Shown here piece by piece: positions 46,575-55,859 of a DNA stretch of 64,000 nucleotides. A program made the position numbers and the translations under genes. Source of the stretch: Candidatus Poribacteria bacterium (GTDB taxonomy: Bacteria; Poribacteria; WGA-4E; WGA-3G); NCBI GenBank assembly GCA_022821725.1, contig JAJEDB010000043.1, positions 22,563 through 86,562 of the forward strand. Direction: 5' to 3'. Position 1 is the first letter of the stretch. Every line of letters starts with the position of its first letter. The notes below the pieces were generated by a model. It worked only from the letters and a program-made list of their open reading frames with translations. It ran no database searches and was not told the DNA's origin.

Positions 46575-48577
46575 TGTTTTTGACGCAAACTACACATAAA
46601 GTGTGCTGTCTCCTAAGAATCTTGCTCGTCTGTCTGCTTTTCTGGTGTGTGGGTGAACACAATCCTGCGGTTTCACAGCAAGCACAGATTGCGATTGTCT
46701 TACCGACAGCCACTTCTGGGGTATCCGAGGGAGATGTTCAATATGCGCGTTCTGTCGCTAAGCGGTTCAGTCGAATGCTCAGCATGATCGGGTTCACTGC
46801 CGACATCCTTGAAGACCCATCGCTCTCTAAGGACCAACTCAAATCCCTTAAGTTGATTGTTCTGCCATTGAACCCCGTGGTATCAACACAGACGACGCGC
46901 CTATTGAAAAATTTCGTTGCGGGTGGCGGTAAACTTTTCGTAACCTATAGCTTGGCGGATACGGTGGCACCGCTATTGGGTTTACGACAAACGGATTGGC
47001 GCAAAGCGGAATCGCCTGGACAGTTTGCTTCAATTGCGTTGCGTGCGCCCGAAATACCTGATATGCCGACATCTATTAGACAGGCATCGTGGAACATTAC
47101 AGTCGCAACACCGACAACGCCGCAAACGAAAGTTATCGGGTATTGGCACAATACGGCAGGAGAATCGACACGTTTGCCTGCCCTTTTTGCGGGCAAATCG
47201 GGTGTATTTTTCAGCCACATTTTCCTCCCAGACGACATTCTAACCAAGACGCGAATGCTTGCAGCACTCTTAGGACATCTCGTTCCAGAATTTCGGGGTT
47301 CACTCACCAAGCAGGCGATAGAAACGATGACCACCGTGGGGCATACAGACGGGCTTGAGGCGTTAGCGACGTTTGTCCGAAAGAGCGGTGTGTCAAGCGC
47401 AGCAGACGCTTTGGAAACAGGAAAACGTTTGATGGAGAAGGCGCACGCTGCGTATAACAGTCAGGCTTACACTGCCGCGATAACGACAGCACGGGCAAGC
47501 CGAGAAGCATTTTCAGGAGCCTATTTCTTGTCGCAGCGTAGCCTTGAAACTGAGGGACGCGCCGTGTGGAATCATTCTGGACTTGGCGCCTATCCCGGAG
47601 ATTGGGAGAGATCGGCCAAAGAATTGGCAGCGGCAGGCGTGAACATGATTCTCCCAAACATGGCATGGGCAGGGGTGGCGCATTATGCCAGTAAGATCTT
47701 ACCCCACAGCAAAACCTTTACGCAATATGGAGATCAGTTATCACAATGCGTCGCGGCGGCACGCCCATACGGTTTAGAAGTGCACGTGTGGAAGATTACG
47801 TGGAATTTGGAGGGGGCCCCGAAAGAATTCATTGAGAAAATGCGGAAAGAGCGGCGAACCCAAGTCTCCGGGACCGGAAAGCCATTGAATTGGCTCTGTC
47901 CATCACACCCGAAAAACGTCCAGTTGGAATTAGAGAGCATCTTGGAAATTGCGATGAATTACGATATAGATGGCATCCACCTGGATTATATTCGTTATCC
48001 GGGAAGCCACGCCTGTTACTGTGAGGCGTGCCGTAAAAGATTCACGCTTGCGACGCGACAGCAGATAGACGAATGGCCCAAGGCAGTATTGCCTGAAACG
48101 GGAGTTTATAGTGACCAGTATATTCAGTGGCGGTCGCAGCAAATCACCCGTTTGGTGCGTTTGCTACACAAGCGGCTGCGAGAGGCGACCCCTAACATCA
48201 AACTTTCTGCAGCCGTCTTTGGTGGTTACCCAGCATGTGTCACTTCTATCGGACAGGACTGGATCGCGTGGGCAAAGGCGGGTTACGTCGATTTCGTCTG
48301 CCCAATGAACTATACAGAAGATGCGAACTATTTCACAGGGTTGTTAGCCAACCAACTCGCCTTGATGCCTAAAGGGGTAGCCATTTATCCCGGTATTGGT
48401 GCGACTGCCACTAATTCGCTACTAACGCCAGATGGCGTCGTTGCACAGATTTATCTCGCACGGAACTTAGGGGCTTCGGGGTGGACGATTTTTGACTATT
48501 CTCTTGATATTTCTGAGACTGTGTTACCAGCACTCAGAGCAGGGGTCGGAAAACGCAAGGCTGCCCCTCCGTATTGA
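46574..48577 (+). CDS. Secreted GHL10/DUF187-family glycosyl hydrolase
   Basis: RAVW, GLEVHVW, WLCPSHP, YDIDGIHLDYIRYP, QDW..W...G.VD...PMNY. Confidence 0.85.
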   Translation: MFLTQTTHKVCCLLRILLVCLLFWCVGEHNPAVSQQAQIAIVLPTATSGVSEGDVQYARSVAKRFSRMLSMIGFTADILEDPSLSKDQLKSLKLIVLPLNPVVSTQTTRLLKNFVAGGGKLFVTYSLADTVAPLLGLRQTDWRKAESPGQFASIALRAPEIPDMPTSIRQASWNITVATPTTPQTKVIGYWHNTAGESTRLPALFAGKSGVFFSHIFLPDDILTKTRMLAALLGHLVPEFRGSLTKQAIETMTTVGHTDGLEALATFVRKSGVSSAADALETGKRLMEKAHAAYNSQAYTAAITTARASREAFSGAYFLSQRSLETEGRAVWNHSGLGAYPGDWERSAKELAAAGVNMILPNMAWAGVAHYASKILPHSKTFTQYGDQLSQCVAAARPYGLEVHVWKITWNLEGAPKEFIEKMRKERRTQVSGTGKPLNWLCPSHPKNVQLELESILEIAMNYDIDGIHLDYIRYPGSHACYCEACRKRFTLATRQQIDEWPKAVLPETGVYSDQYIQWRSQQITRLVRLLHKRLREATPNIKLSAAVFGGYPACVTSIGQDWIAWAKAGYVDFVCPMNYTEDANYFTGLLANQLALMPKGVAIYPGIGATATNSLLTPDGVVAQIYLARNLGASGWTIFDYSLDISETVLPALRAGVGKRKAAPPY

Positions 48578-48668
48578 CAAGTATATTCGCTTTCGTTTTT
48601 ATAGTAGGATCGCTAAACATCTTGATGATTGCTTCTCCACACTTAGGGTATGGAAGGACCAGGACTCG

Positions 48669-48692
48669 GTAGGAGCGGTTTCTAACCGCTCC
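48669..48692 (+). repeat. GTAG-type REP palindrome
   Basis: GTA-GGAGCGGTT-TCT-AACCGCTCC. Confidence 0.7.
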
Positions 48693-48729
48693 GGGCATTG
48701 AAAAACACTGTTCAAACACCAGATTCTAC

Positions 48730-48758
48730 TTGCATATCATTCATAAATCGTGTAAACT
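48730..48758 (+). promoter_or_regulatory. sigma70-like promoter for the toxin-antitoxin-like pair
   Basis: TTGCAT-17 nt-TAAACT. Confidence 0.5.
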
Positions 48759-48836
48759 AAATTGAAGGTAAGAACCCTTTGTGAACATGATTTCTGAGGG
48801 TACAGGTAAAGAACGCGATGTGGCAGAGGCGTATTT

Positions 48837-49133
48837 ATGTGGCAGGTTACTGATAGGTGGGGTAATCTTATTGAATTAACTGATGAGAGATGGCAGCATA
48901 TCCTTCAAAATCATTGGGAATTAAGAGAACACCTTGATACGATCCTTGAAACAGTCCAGACAGGTAGAAGAAAGCAGTCCCCCATAGATCCCCACAAATA
49001 TACTTATTACAAGGATTTTGACGGCTTACCTCACAATTACACCCGCGTTGTTGTTATTGTTAAACTGATTCGGAACAATTTCATTATTACCGCGTACCCT
49101 ATAAGAAAAAGGAGATTCCATGAATCTCAATGA
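48837..49133 (+). CDS. Putative RelE/BECR-fold ribonuclease toxin
   Basis: I.LT.ERWQHI...H, V.VIVK....FIITAY. Confidence 0.7.
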   Translation: MWQVTDRWGNLIELTDERWQHILQNHWELREHLDTILETVQTGRRKQSPIDPHKYTYYKDFDGLPHNYTRVVVIVKLIRNNFIITAYPIRKRRFHESQ

Positions 49134-49374
49134 AGACAGACTTAAAATTGTCTATGACCGGGAAGCAGATGTGCTCTATGTAACAAAAGGCACCCCCGAG
49201 CACACCGACTATGTTGAATACACCGAAGATGTCATTCTGCGCTTCCATCCGGAGACGAAACAACTGGTGGGTTTCACGCTTATTGATTTTTCTGAGCATT
49301 TCGCTCAGAAGGACTCAGGCATCGCGCTGCCTTTCGGTGTGGATTTTCATACGGATGCGCTGCCGCGTGCTTAG
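49120..49374 (+). CDS. DUF2283-family putative antitoxin
   Basis: I.YDREADVLYV ... D.ILR......VGFT. Confidence 0.8.
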   Translation: MNLNEDRLKIVYDREADVLYVTKGTPEHTDYVEYTEDVILRFHPETKQLVGFTLIDFSEHFAQKDSGIALPFGVDFHTDALPRA

Positions 49375-49437
49375 TTTTCCAAATACAGATTGTGGAAGGT
49401 GCTCCGCTACCGAAAATTAAAGGAGATTTTTTGATTA

Positions 49438-50901
49438 ATGGCGCAAAAACCGAATATTCTATTTTTGATGAGCGATGAACATAGTCCGCACGCTATGGGG
49501 TATGAGGGTAATTCTATTGTCCAAACACCGAATCTTGATCGGCTCGCAGCCTCTGGCACCTATTTTGAGAGTGCCTACTGCCAAGTCCCGCTCTGCACAC
49601 CCTCCCGGATGTGTATGCTCACTGGAAAACACGCGCATCGGTGTTCAGCGTGGAATAATAGGTCTATTTTGTTTCCTGAACATCTCACGATGCCAGCGCA
49701 TTTTGCACAACACGGTTATGCGACTGCCCTCGTTGGAAAGATGCACTTCGGCGGCAAAGAGCAGAACAACGGTTTCCAGTCTCGACCTTACGGCGACTTG
49801 CGTGGGCATGCCGGACATCAAACAGATCCGCTAAAGACCCCATCTGGGACGCGACAGCGCACACGGCTCGCTGGAATTACCGAGATTCCGACCAGTATGC
49901 TACAAGAACGGGTTATCAATGCGGAAACGCTCGAATACTTAAGGTCCCAGCCATCGGAACAACCGTGGTTCCTATTGGCAAGTTACAGTCGCCCGCATTT
50001 CCCGCTCACAGCCCCCAAACGACTTTTTGATAAGTATTTTCCCGATAATGTGGATATGCCCAATGTGCCGGACGGACACTTGGAACAGACGCACCGTTAC
50101 GCGAAGGGTTTGCGGGATAACTTCAAAACGGATGAAATCCCACCCGAAGAAGCGCGTAAAGCGCGAGCGGCTTACTACGCTTGTTGCGAATTCCTTGACG
50201 AGACCATCGGAGATCTCCTCACACTTTTAGAACGGGACGGTTTACTGGATAACACCATCATCGTTTATACGACTGATCACGGTGAAATGGCAGGAGAACA
50301 CGGGCAGTGGTGGAAATCCAGTTACTATGAGGCAGCCGCACGCGTGCCTTTAATCATATCGGACAGACATCTACCGCATCCATACGGAGAACGCGTGACC
50401 ACCCCTGTCGAGTTAAACGACCTCTTCCCGACGCTATGCGCCAGAGCGGGTATCCCCACCCCCGAAGATTTAGATGGCGCGGACCTGACGAATCTTATGT
50501 CGGGGGACACTGAAGGGTGGCGTAACACTGCGATCACTGAATACTGGGCGAACCAGACCACGGGACCGATGCGTATGCTCCGAACGCCTCGCTATAAATA
50601 TGTTGCCTTCCCTGAAGATGAATCCATTCTCTTTGATTTGGAAACAGACCCACATGAATTTGAGAATCTCGCAGGTCAAGCAGCGTCCCAGGAATTGGAA
50701 GCATCTCTCCATGAACAACTCATGGACGGATTCTCATGGGAATCTGTTAGGGAACAGATAGATGTAGATAGAGAGCGAAGCCGAGATTTCAAAGAGCCGT
50801 GGGGTAAAGGCACCCCGAACCAGTACACACTCCCTGATGGGCGTGTCGTCGATGCGGAAACCTGTCTCTATCGTCCTTCAGTGAGAGAAGAAGGCTCATA
50901 G
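49438..50901 (+). CDS. Sulfatase (Cys-type formylglycine enzyme, choline-sulfatase-like)
   Basis: PNILFLMSDEH, CTPSR...LTG, GKMH, PH.P, TDHGEM.GEHG.W.K. Confidence 0.92.
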   Translation: MAQKPNILFLMSDEHSPHAMGYEGNSIVQTPNLDRLAASGTYFESAYCQVPLCTPSRMCMLTGKHAHRCSAWNNRSILFPEHLTMPAHFAQHGYATALVGKMHFGGKEQNNGFQSRPYGDLRGHAGHQTDPLKTPSGTRQRTRLAGITEIPTSMLQERVINAETLEYLRSQPSEQPWFLLASYSRPHFPLTAPKRLFDKYFPDNVDMPNVPDGHLEQTHRYAKGLRDNFKTDEIPPEEARKARAAYYACCEFLDETIGDLLTLLERDGLLDNTIIVYTTDHGEMAGEHGQWWKSSYYEAAARVPLIISDRHLPHPYGERVTTPVELNDLFPTLCARAGIPTPEDLDGADLTNLMSGDTEGWRNTAITEYWANQTTGPMRMLRTPRYKYVAFPEDESILFDLETDPHEFENLAGQAASQELEASLHEQLMDGFSWESVREQIDVDRERSRDFKEPWGKGTPNQYTLPDGRVVDAETCLYRPSVREEGS

Positions 50902-50942
50902 TGCTTTAAGAACAAGGTTTGGAATTAACAATCATCAGAATA

Positions 50943-51040
50943 GTTTTCGGTTATCGGTTTTCAGTTATCAGTAACAAGAGGATTTCCTTAGACGATACCC
51001 TTCTTAACCGACAACTGACAACTGACAACTGACAACTGAT
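50943..51040. repeat. Heptamer-armed inverted-repeat element
   Basis: Left arm GTTTTCGGTTATCGGTTTTCAGTTATCAGT, right arm AACCGAC(AACTGAC)3AACTGAT. Confidence 0.8.
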
Positions 51041-51044
51041 AAAG

Positions 51045-53096
51045 ATGTTGCTAAATACGCGTCAAAAACCCGATCTGGACAATGAAAAAATCGGAGTGAA
51101 TTCGGTAGGGGCTGGGGAACCCAGCCCTTACAAAAACCAAAAAATCCGGTTCCCTGCCATTCTTGTAGGATTGCTTTTGATAGGGGCGATGTGTGCAATC
51201 ACACCCTACAACAATTATTTCCTACAAAACACGAAGATCGCAGGCAATCATCTCCCTGTTGGTTCCATCTTCGGGGTTCTCATTCTGGTGTTCCTCGTCA
51301 ATGTGCCGTTGCGTAAGTTGATGCGGAATGGGCGTTTCGCTTTCTCTGCGCTGGAATTAACCGTTGTCTGGATGATGCTGATCGTCGCAGTCGGCATTCC
51401 ATCAATGGGATTATTGCAGTTTCTGCTGCCCTCCCTTGTTGCGCTTCAGTACTTTGCGACGATGGAAAATGATTGGTCAGAGACGCTCCATCCGCACGTT
51501 CCCGAATGGCTTGTCGTCACGGAACCCCACGCCGTAACAGACTTCTATGAAGGGATTGCTCCGGGTGAAAGCGTTCCCTGGATGCTATGGCTCAAGCCTT
51601 TGCTCATCTGGGGTCTTTTCGTGCTGGTCTTCTATTTTACGACGCTCTGCCTTTCCACAATTCTCCGAAAGCAGTGGGTAGAACGCGAAAGGTTTTCGTT
51701 CCCCTTAATCCAGATTCCGATACAACTCGCTGCTGAACCGGCGCGCGGCGCACTGCTTAATACCTTTTTCAAAAACAGGCTACTTTGGGCAGGGATGATC
51801 CTGCCGGTGGTGTTGCACCTTATCAACGGATTGCACGCCCACTTCCCGAGGGTACCAGAGATCCCACTGATTTACAATATCTATACCGTCTTCACCGAAA
51901 AACCGTGGCATACCCTCGGATGGTGGCCCGCGATGCGGTTCGTCATCTATTTTTCGGTCATCGGGATCGCCTCGTTACTCACGCTCGAGGTTTCGTTTAG
52001 CCTCTGGTTCTTCTATCTCTTTTTCAAACTCCAGTATATCATCATGAATGCGATCGGACTCAGCATCGGTCCGTGGATTAGTTGCAGCCGTCAAGTGATG
52101 GGCGGTTATCTCGTTTTTGTTCCTGCGGTTTTCTGGATAGGACGTGAACACATCATGGCAGTTTTTAGGAAGACGTTCGGTCTCGGACACGCACGGACGA
52201 GTTACGACACCATAGGAGGTCAACCGATAGACGATTCAAACGAACCCGTCTCGTATCGTGTGGCACTGCTTGGATTTCTCGTGGGATTTATTGTTCTTGT
52301 CGTGTTTTTGGTCGTTGCGGGGGTAACAACGTGGGTTGCGGTCGTGACGCTGCTCTCTATTTTTATCACATCAATCGTTTTGACCTGGATGGTGGTTAAC
52401 GGGGGATTGTTGCTGGTGCAGGCTCCCTTTTTCCCTTCGGAATACATTGATATTACTTTGGGTTCCAACGCATTAGGACATAAGAGTCTTGCGATCCTGA
52501 GTTTCCAACGCACTTTTCTACGCGATTGGGGCGAATTTATGATGCCGAACTTTCTGCATAGCTTCAAGGCGGCAGATGAGGTGAAACTCGCCCGCCGTCG
52601 TGTCATGCCGATTTTGTGGGTCTCAATTGTCGTAGCACTCCTTGTGTCCGTTTACGCTTCATTGACGCTCATTTACGACAAAGGTGCACTATTTTTACAG
52701 AGTTGGTCTTTCGTGGTCGCGCCGCGGAACTATTTCCAACGGATGAGCAGTCTTATCCAATTCCCGATTGAGACGAAGTGGGACGAGGTCTACAGCATGA
52801 TTGCGGGTGCCGGGTTTACAGGCTTCATGCTCTGGATGCGGCAGAATTTTGTCTGGTGGTCCCTCCATCCGATCGGTTATCTGTTGGGGGCAACCTATCC
52901 ACCCTTTCATCTTTGGTCGTCCATTCTGATTGGATGGTTCATTAAGTATATGGCCCTCAAGTTTGGCGGTGCCTCGACGTATCGGAAGATTCGACCTGTT
53001 GCGTTCGGCTTGATTTTCGGTGAATACGTGATGGTGGGACTCTGGATGATAGTTGGTTTCTTTACAGGAATTGGCTATTTTGCGTTGCCGTCATAA
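51045..53096 (+). CDS. Uncharacterised polytopic membrane protein (DUF6785/DUF6784-like), paralogue 2
   Basis: ATMENDW, QWVERERFSFP, WWSLHPIGY, GLIFGE; highly hydrophobic. Confidence 0.75.
   Translation: MLLNTRQKPDLDNEKIGVNSVGAGEPSPYKNQKIRFPAILVGLLLIGAMCAITPYNNYFLQNTKIAGNHLPVGSIFGVLILVFLVNVPLRKLMRNGRFAFSALELTVVWMMLIVAVGIPSMGLLQFLLPSLVALQYFATMENDWSETLHPHVPEWLVVTEPHAVTDFYEGIAPGESVPWMLWLKPLLIWGLFVLVFYFTTLCLSTILRKQWVERERFSFPLIQIPIQLAAEPARGALLNTFFKNRLLWAGMILPVVLHLINGLHAHFPRVPEIPLIYNIYTVFTEKPWHTLGWWPAMRFVIYFSVIGIASLLTLEVSFSLWFFYLFFKLQYIIMNAIGLSIGPWISCSRQVMGGYLVFVPAVFWIGREHIMAVFRKTFGLGHARTSYDTIGGQPIDDSNEPVSYRVALLGFLVGFIVLVVFLVVAGVTTWVAVVTLLSIFITSIVLTWMVVNGGLLLVQAPFFPSEYIDITLGSNALGHKSLAILSFQRTFLRDWGEFMMPNFLHSFKAADEVKLARRRVMPILWVSIVVALLVSVYASLTLIYDKGALFLQSWSFVVAPRNYFQRMSSLIQFPIETKWDEVYSMIAGAGFTGFMLWMRQNFVWWSLHPIGYLLGATYPPFHLWSSILIGWFIKYMALKFGGASTYRKIRPVAFGLIFGEYVMVGLWMIVGFFTGIGYFALPS
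51105..51131 (+). repeat. GTAG-type REP palindrome inside the 5' end of the CDS
   Basis: GTAGGGGCTGGG-GAA-CCCAGCCCTTAC. Confidence 0.7.
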
Positions 53097-53104
53097 CTTG
53101 AAAG

Positions 53105-53211
53105 CGATGTTGGGTTTCACTGTGATCCTTCTATATTCAATCAACATCGGAAAATAGAATCTTTATTTTTAGCAAGAGAGCCTTGTGCTTTTACCGTTCA
53201 ACCCAACCTAC
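53105..53211 (-). repeat. GTAG-type REP / REP doublet
   Basis: Minus strand begins GTAGGTTGGGTTGAAC; far end GTGAAACCCAACATCG. Confidence 0.55.
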
Positions 53212-53235
53212 ATATACCTTTCAAGGAATTACATT

Positions 53236-54438
53236 ATGCACGCCAATGAAAATAAATTCACAACCACATGGAAAACACGTGCGAAAACCCGACATACTGT
53301 TGTTGGGATTCGGACGTGGCACGTTAACCTGAACCCTCGCGCTATGCCGAGCTTAGGGTTCGCCAAGGGACAGTGGCAGCAACCCACGACTCAAACGGTA
53401 CATGTCGATTGGCGGGGTCCCTTCGCCGCACAAGCCGGGGCATTAGTCGTTGAAATTACCACCGATAAAGGCTTAAAAGGATACGGACTTGGAGGTGGCG
53501 GACTTGCTGGCGCGCTCATCATTGAGAAACACCTCCAGAACTTCATCATCGGACGCGATCCACTTGAGGTTGAGGAGATTTGGGAGCACCTGTATCATAT
53601 CACCTCCATTTATGGGCGACGCGGCTTGGTGATTTACGTCTTGAGTGGCATAGAACTCGCGCTTGTTGACCTGTGTGGAAAGATCGTAGACGTGCCTGTC
53701 TATAGTCTTATTACGGATACGCCACGCCTTGAGATCCCTGCTTATGCGACGGGTGCCGATGTCGGTTATTACGCGGAGAACGGCTTCGTTGCTTGCAAAC
53801 TGCCGCTCCGTAACGGTCTTGCGGAGGGTGAAGATGGGTTTGCGGAAAACGTCGAATTGATACACGCGGCACGAGACGCTGTCGGAACGGAAACAGAATT
53901 GATGACGGACATCTACCTCCGTTGGGATGTAGATTACACGCTCCGTTTCGCCGAGGCAGCTGCTGATGTGAATCTCAAATGGATCGAAGAACCTATCCCG
54001 CTTGACGACTATGCGGGCATGGCGCAATTGGTGCGTGAAGTTCAACCGGCTTGGATTGTCTCCGGTGAGCATGAGTTCACACGATACGGGTTTCGGGAGT
54101 TACTGCGTTGGGAGGCTGCGGATATGATTCAACCTGATATCAGTTGGGCGGGTGGTTTCACGGAATGCTTACGCATCGCACGTGAAGCCACTGAACTGGA
54201 TATTCCGACATGGCTCCATCAAGCGGGGACACCGTGGGGCTTGCATCTCACTGCCTGTCTGCCGATGCCGTGTATGGCAGAGACCTTCGGTCCTTCTCGC
54301 GATGGCGTTGAAAACGAGTTGTATCGCCGCCTGCGCCCCATGCCTCATGATGGATTTTTCACCCTCAACGATGCGCCCGGTTTCGGCGTAGAACTTGACG
54401 AAGCGTTGTTAGATGCTTATACAGTTGATCGGTTATAG
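53236..54438 (+). CDS. Mandelate racemase/enolase-family sugar-acid dehydratase (L-rhamnonate dehydratase-like)
   Basis: SGIELALVDL.GK, YATG, LMTD, KWIEEP, SGEHEFT.YGF, QPD. Confidence 0.85.
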   Translation: MHANENKFTTTWKTRAKTRHTVVGIRTWHVNLNPRAMPSLGFAKGQWQQPTTQTVHVDWRGPFAAQAGALVVEITTDKGLKGYGLGGGGLAGALIIEKHLQNFIIGRDPLEVEEIWEHLYHITSIYGRRGLVIYVLSGIELALVDLCGKIVDVPVYSLITDTPRLEIPAYATGADVGYYAENGFVACKLPLRNGLAEGEDGFAENVELIHAARDAVGTETELMTDIYLRWDVDYTLRFAEAAADVNLKWIEEPIPLDDYAGMAQLVREVQPAWIVSGEHEFTRYGFRELLRWEAADMIQPDISWAGGFTECLRIAREATELDIPTWLHQAGTPWGLHLTACLPMPCMAETFGPSRDGVENELYRRLRPMPHDGFFTLNDAPGFGVELDEALLDAYTVDRL

Positions 54439-55257
54439 TTCCGACTGGTTTTCCTTCATCCGTTTGACGGCATCCAATTTCGTCTGTTGCCAGTCGGTCC
54501 AGTCTTTCTTTCCCTCATAACGGACGACATCGTGAATCGTTGCGCGCGGTTGGTAGGTAATGTAGTTCCCTGTGTGCCACGCGAGGTTCCGGTACACCAT
54601 GAAATCTCCCGGTCCCAGATGCACTTGAACTGCTCCAGGAAACTGCCGACAATGCTCTAAACAGAATCGCTCGGCTTCCGCGTTGGACTGTCCTTCAGCG
54701 GGTTTCCGCAGCCTCGGGTCGTTCGTTGATTGCTCTTCACCGGGCAGATCCCACTGGCGTAGATGGCTGCCGGGGACGAACCAAGTGCAGGCGTCGGCAT
54801 AAATCGCGCAGTTGACCTGATTGAAATGACGCAGATCATACCAGACTTCCGCTAACTTCGCTTTGACAATCTCATCACGCGCTTCGGGAGGGACCTCCAC
54901 AACACCGTCTCGGTGCCAACCGATATGCCACGGATGCTCAAGCGGCTCAACGAGGAGTCCCATGATGTCAACATGACCGTGCGTATAGTCAGGACCGAGC
55001 AATTTCTCGATAGCGTCACGGAGTTCCGGTAACTCCGTGTAGTCGTAAAACGGTTTCAGATCCAATTCGTCGCCGTAATTGGATAGCGGTTGAATCCGTT
55101 GCGTTTGCGGTCCGTTGCGTTCATGTGCCAGATCGCGTGCCTTTTCCGCCTCGCGGCGCAAATCGCTGAGCAACGATGGGGGTACGATCCCTCGAAAGAT
55201 GAGATAGCCTTCCGAGAGGTATTCGTTGACCATAGAATCTTCAAATTGAAATGCCAT
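54433..55257 (-). CDS. PhyH-family dioxygenase
   Basis: EGYL, WHRD, VPGSH, L.PGD...Y....WH.G. Confidence 0.85.
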   Translation of the reverse strand: MAFQFEDSMVNEYLSEGYLIFRGIVPPSLLSDLRREAEKARDLAHERNGPQTQRIQPLSNYGDELDLKPFYDYTELPELRDAIEKLLGPDYTHGHVDIMGLLVEPLEHPWHIGWHRDGVVEVPPEARDEIVKAKLAEVWYDLRHFNQVNCAIYADACTWFVPGSHLRQWDLPGEEQSTNDPRLRKPAEGQSNAEAERFCLEHCRQFPGAVQVHLGPGDFMVYRNLAWHTGNYITYQPRATIHDVVRYEGKKDWTDWQQTKLDAVKRMKENQSEL

Positions 55258-55277
55258 TTTTTAAACTATGTGCCTTC

Positions 55278-55682
55278 TTAGACTGTCACGCCGCGCCATT
55301 CATCCTGCGCGCAGGTAATATCAACGACATTTCCGTCGGGATCGGCAACTTTGAAGGAGCGATCCGGTGGCTTGTCGTCATCAATCTCATCCCCTTTTTT
55401 TACATTATCCATAATCAATTCAAAACCGCCATCGCGGAGGGTGTTGTAGATGCTTGCTAAATCCTCAACAATGATACCGAAATGGATGAACTCCGTGCCT
55501 TCCGCAAACGGTGGACGTTCCGTCCCGTTGTATTGGAGGATTGTCATGTTCAGGGTGCCGTCCGAGAGGTCTAATCCCCCGCGCCCGCGATACCCGACAA
55601 ACGCAAAACCGATGGTTTCGTAAAAACGACGCGAGGCTTCCATATCCTTCGTCCGTAGTGCGATATGTCTCAAAAATGCCAT
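55278..55682 (-). CDS. VOC/glyoxalase family protein
   Basis: LRHIAL..D....RFY, HFG..V, DPDGN.VDI. Confidence 0.88.
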   Translation of the reverse strand: MAFLRHIALRTKDMEASRRFYETIGFAFVGYRGRGGLDLSDGTLNMTILQYNGTERPPFAEGTEFIHFGIIVEDLASIYNTLRDGGFELIMDNVKKGDEIDDDKPPDRSFKVADPDGNVVDITCAQDEWRGVTV

Positions 55683-55745
55683 TGTGGTTGCTCCTTTTTC
55701 GTGAGGTGCGTTCAATCTGCCAAAGACGTATTGGAATTAGGCTCT

Positions 55746-55823
55746 ATTTTACAATAAAAACTATTCAAATGTCAATAGATGACCGTCCACTACACTTGAC
55801 AAAAACTCGCGTGTGCATATAAT
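55746..55823. promoter_or_regulatory. Divergent sigma70 promoters
   Basis: Plus strand TTGACA(55796)-16 nt-TATAAT; minus strand TTGACA(55775)-18 nt-TAAAAT. Confidence 0.6.
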
Positions 55824-55859
55824 GAAGGAAATCCAATACAAGTTCACGAGGGATTTTAG

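Noticed and set aside
50943-51040. Heptamer runs as CRISPR repeats
   Set aside because: Units are 7 bp with no spacers
53473-54072. Long antisense or shadow ORFs (for example 53473-54072, 22048-22671, 2961-3473)
   Set aside because: They fully overlap well-supported genes and show no recognisable motifs
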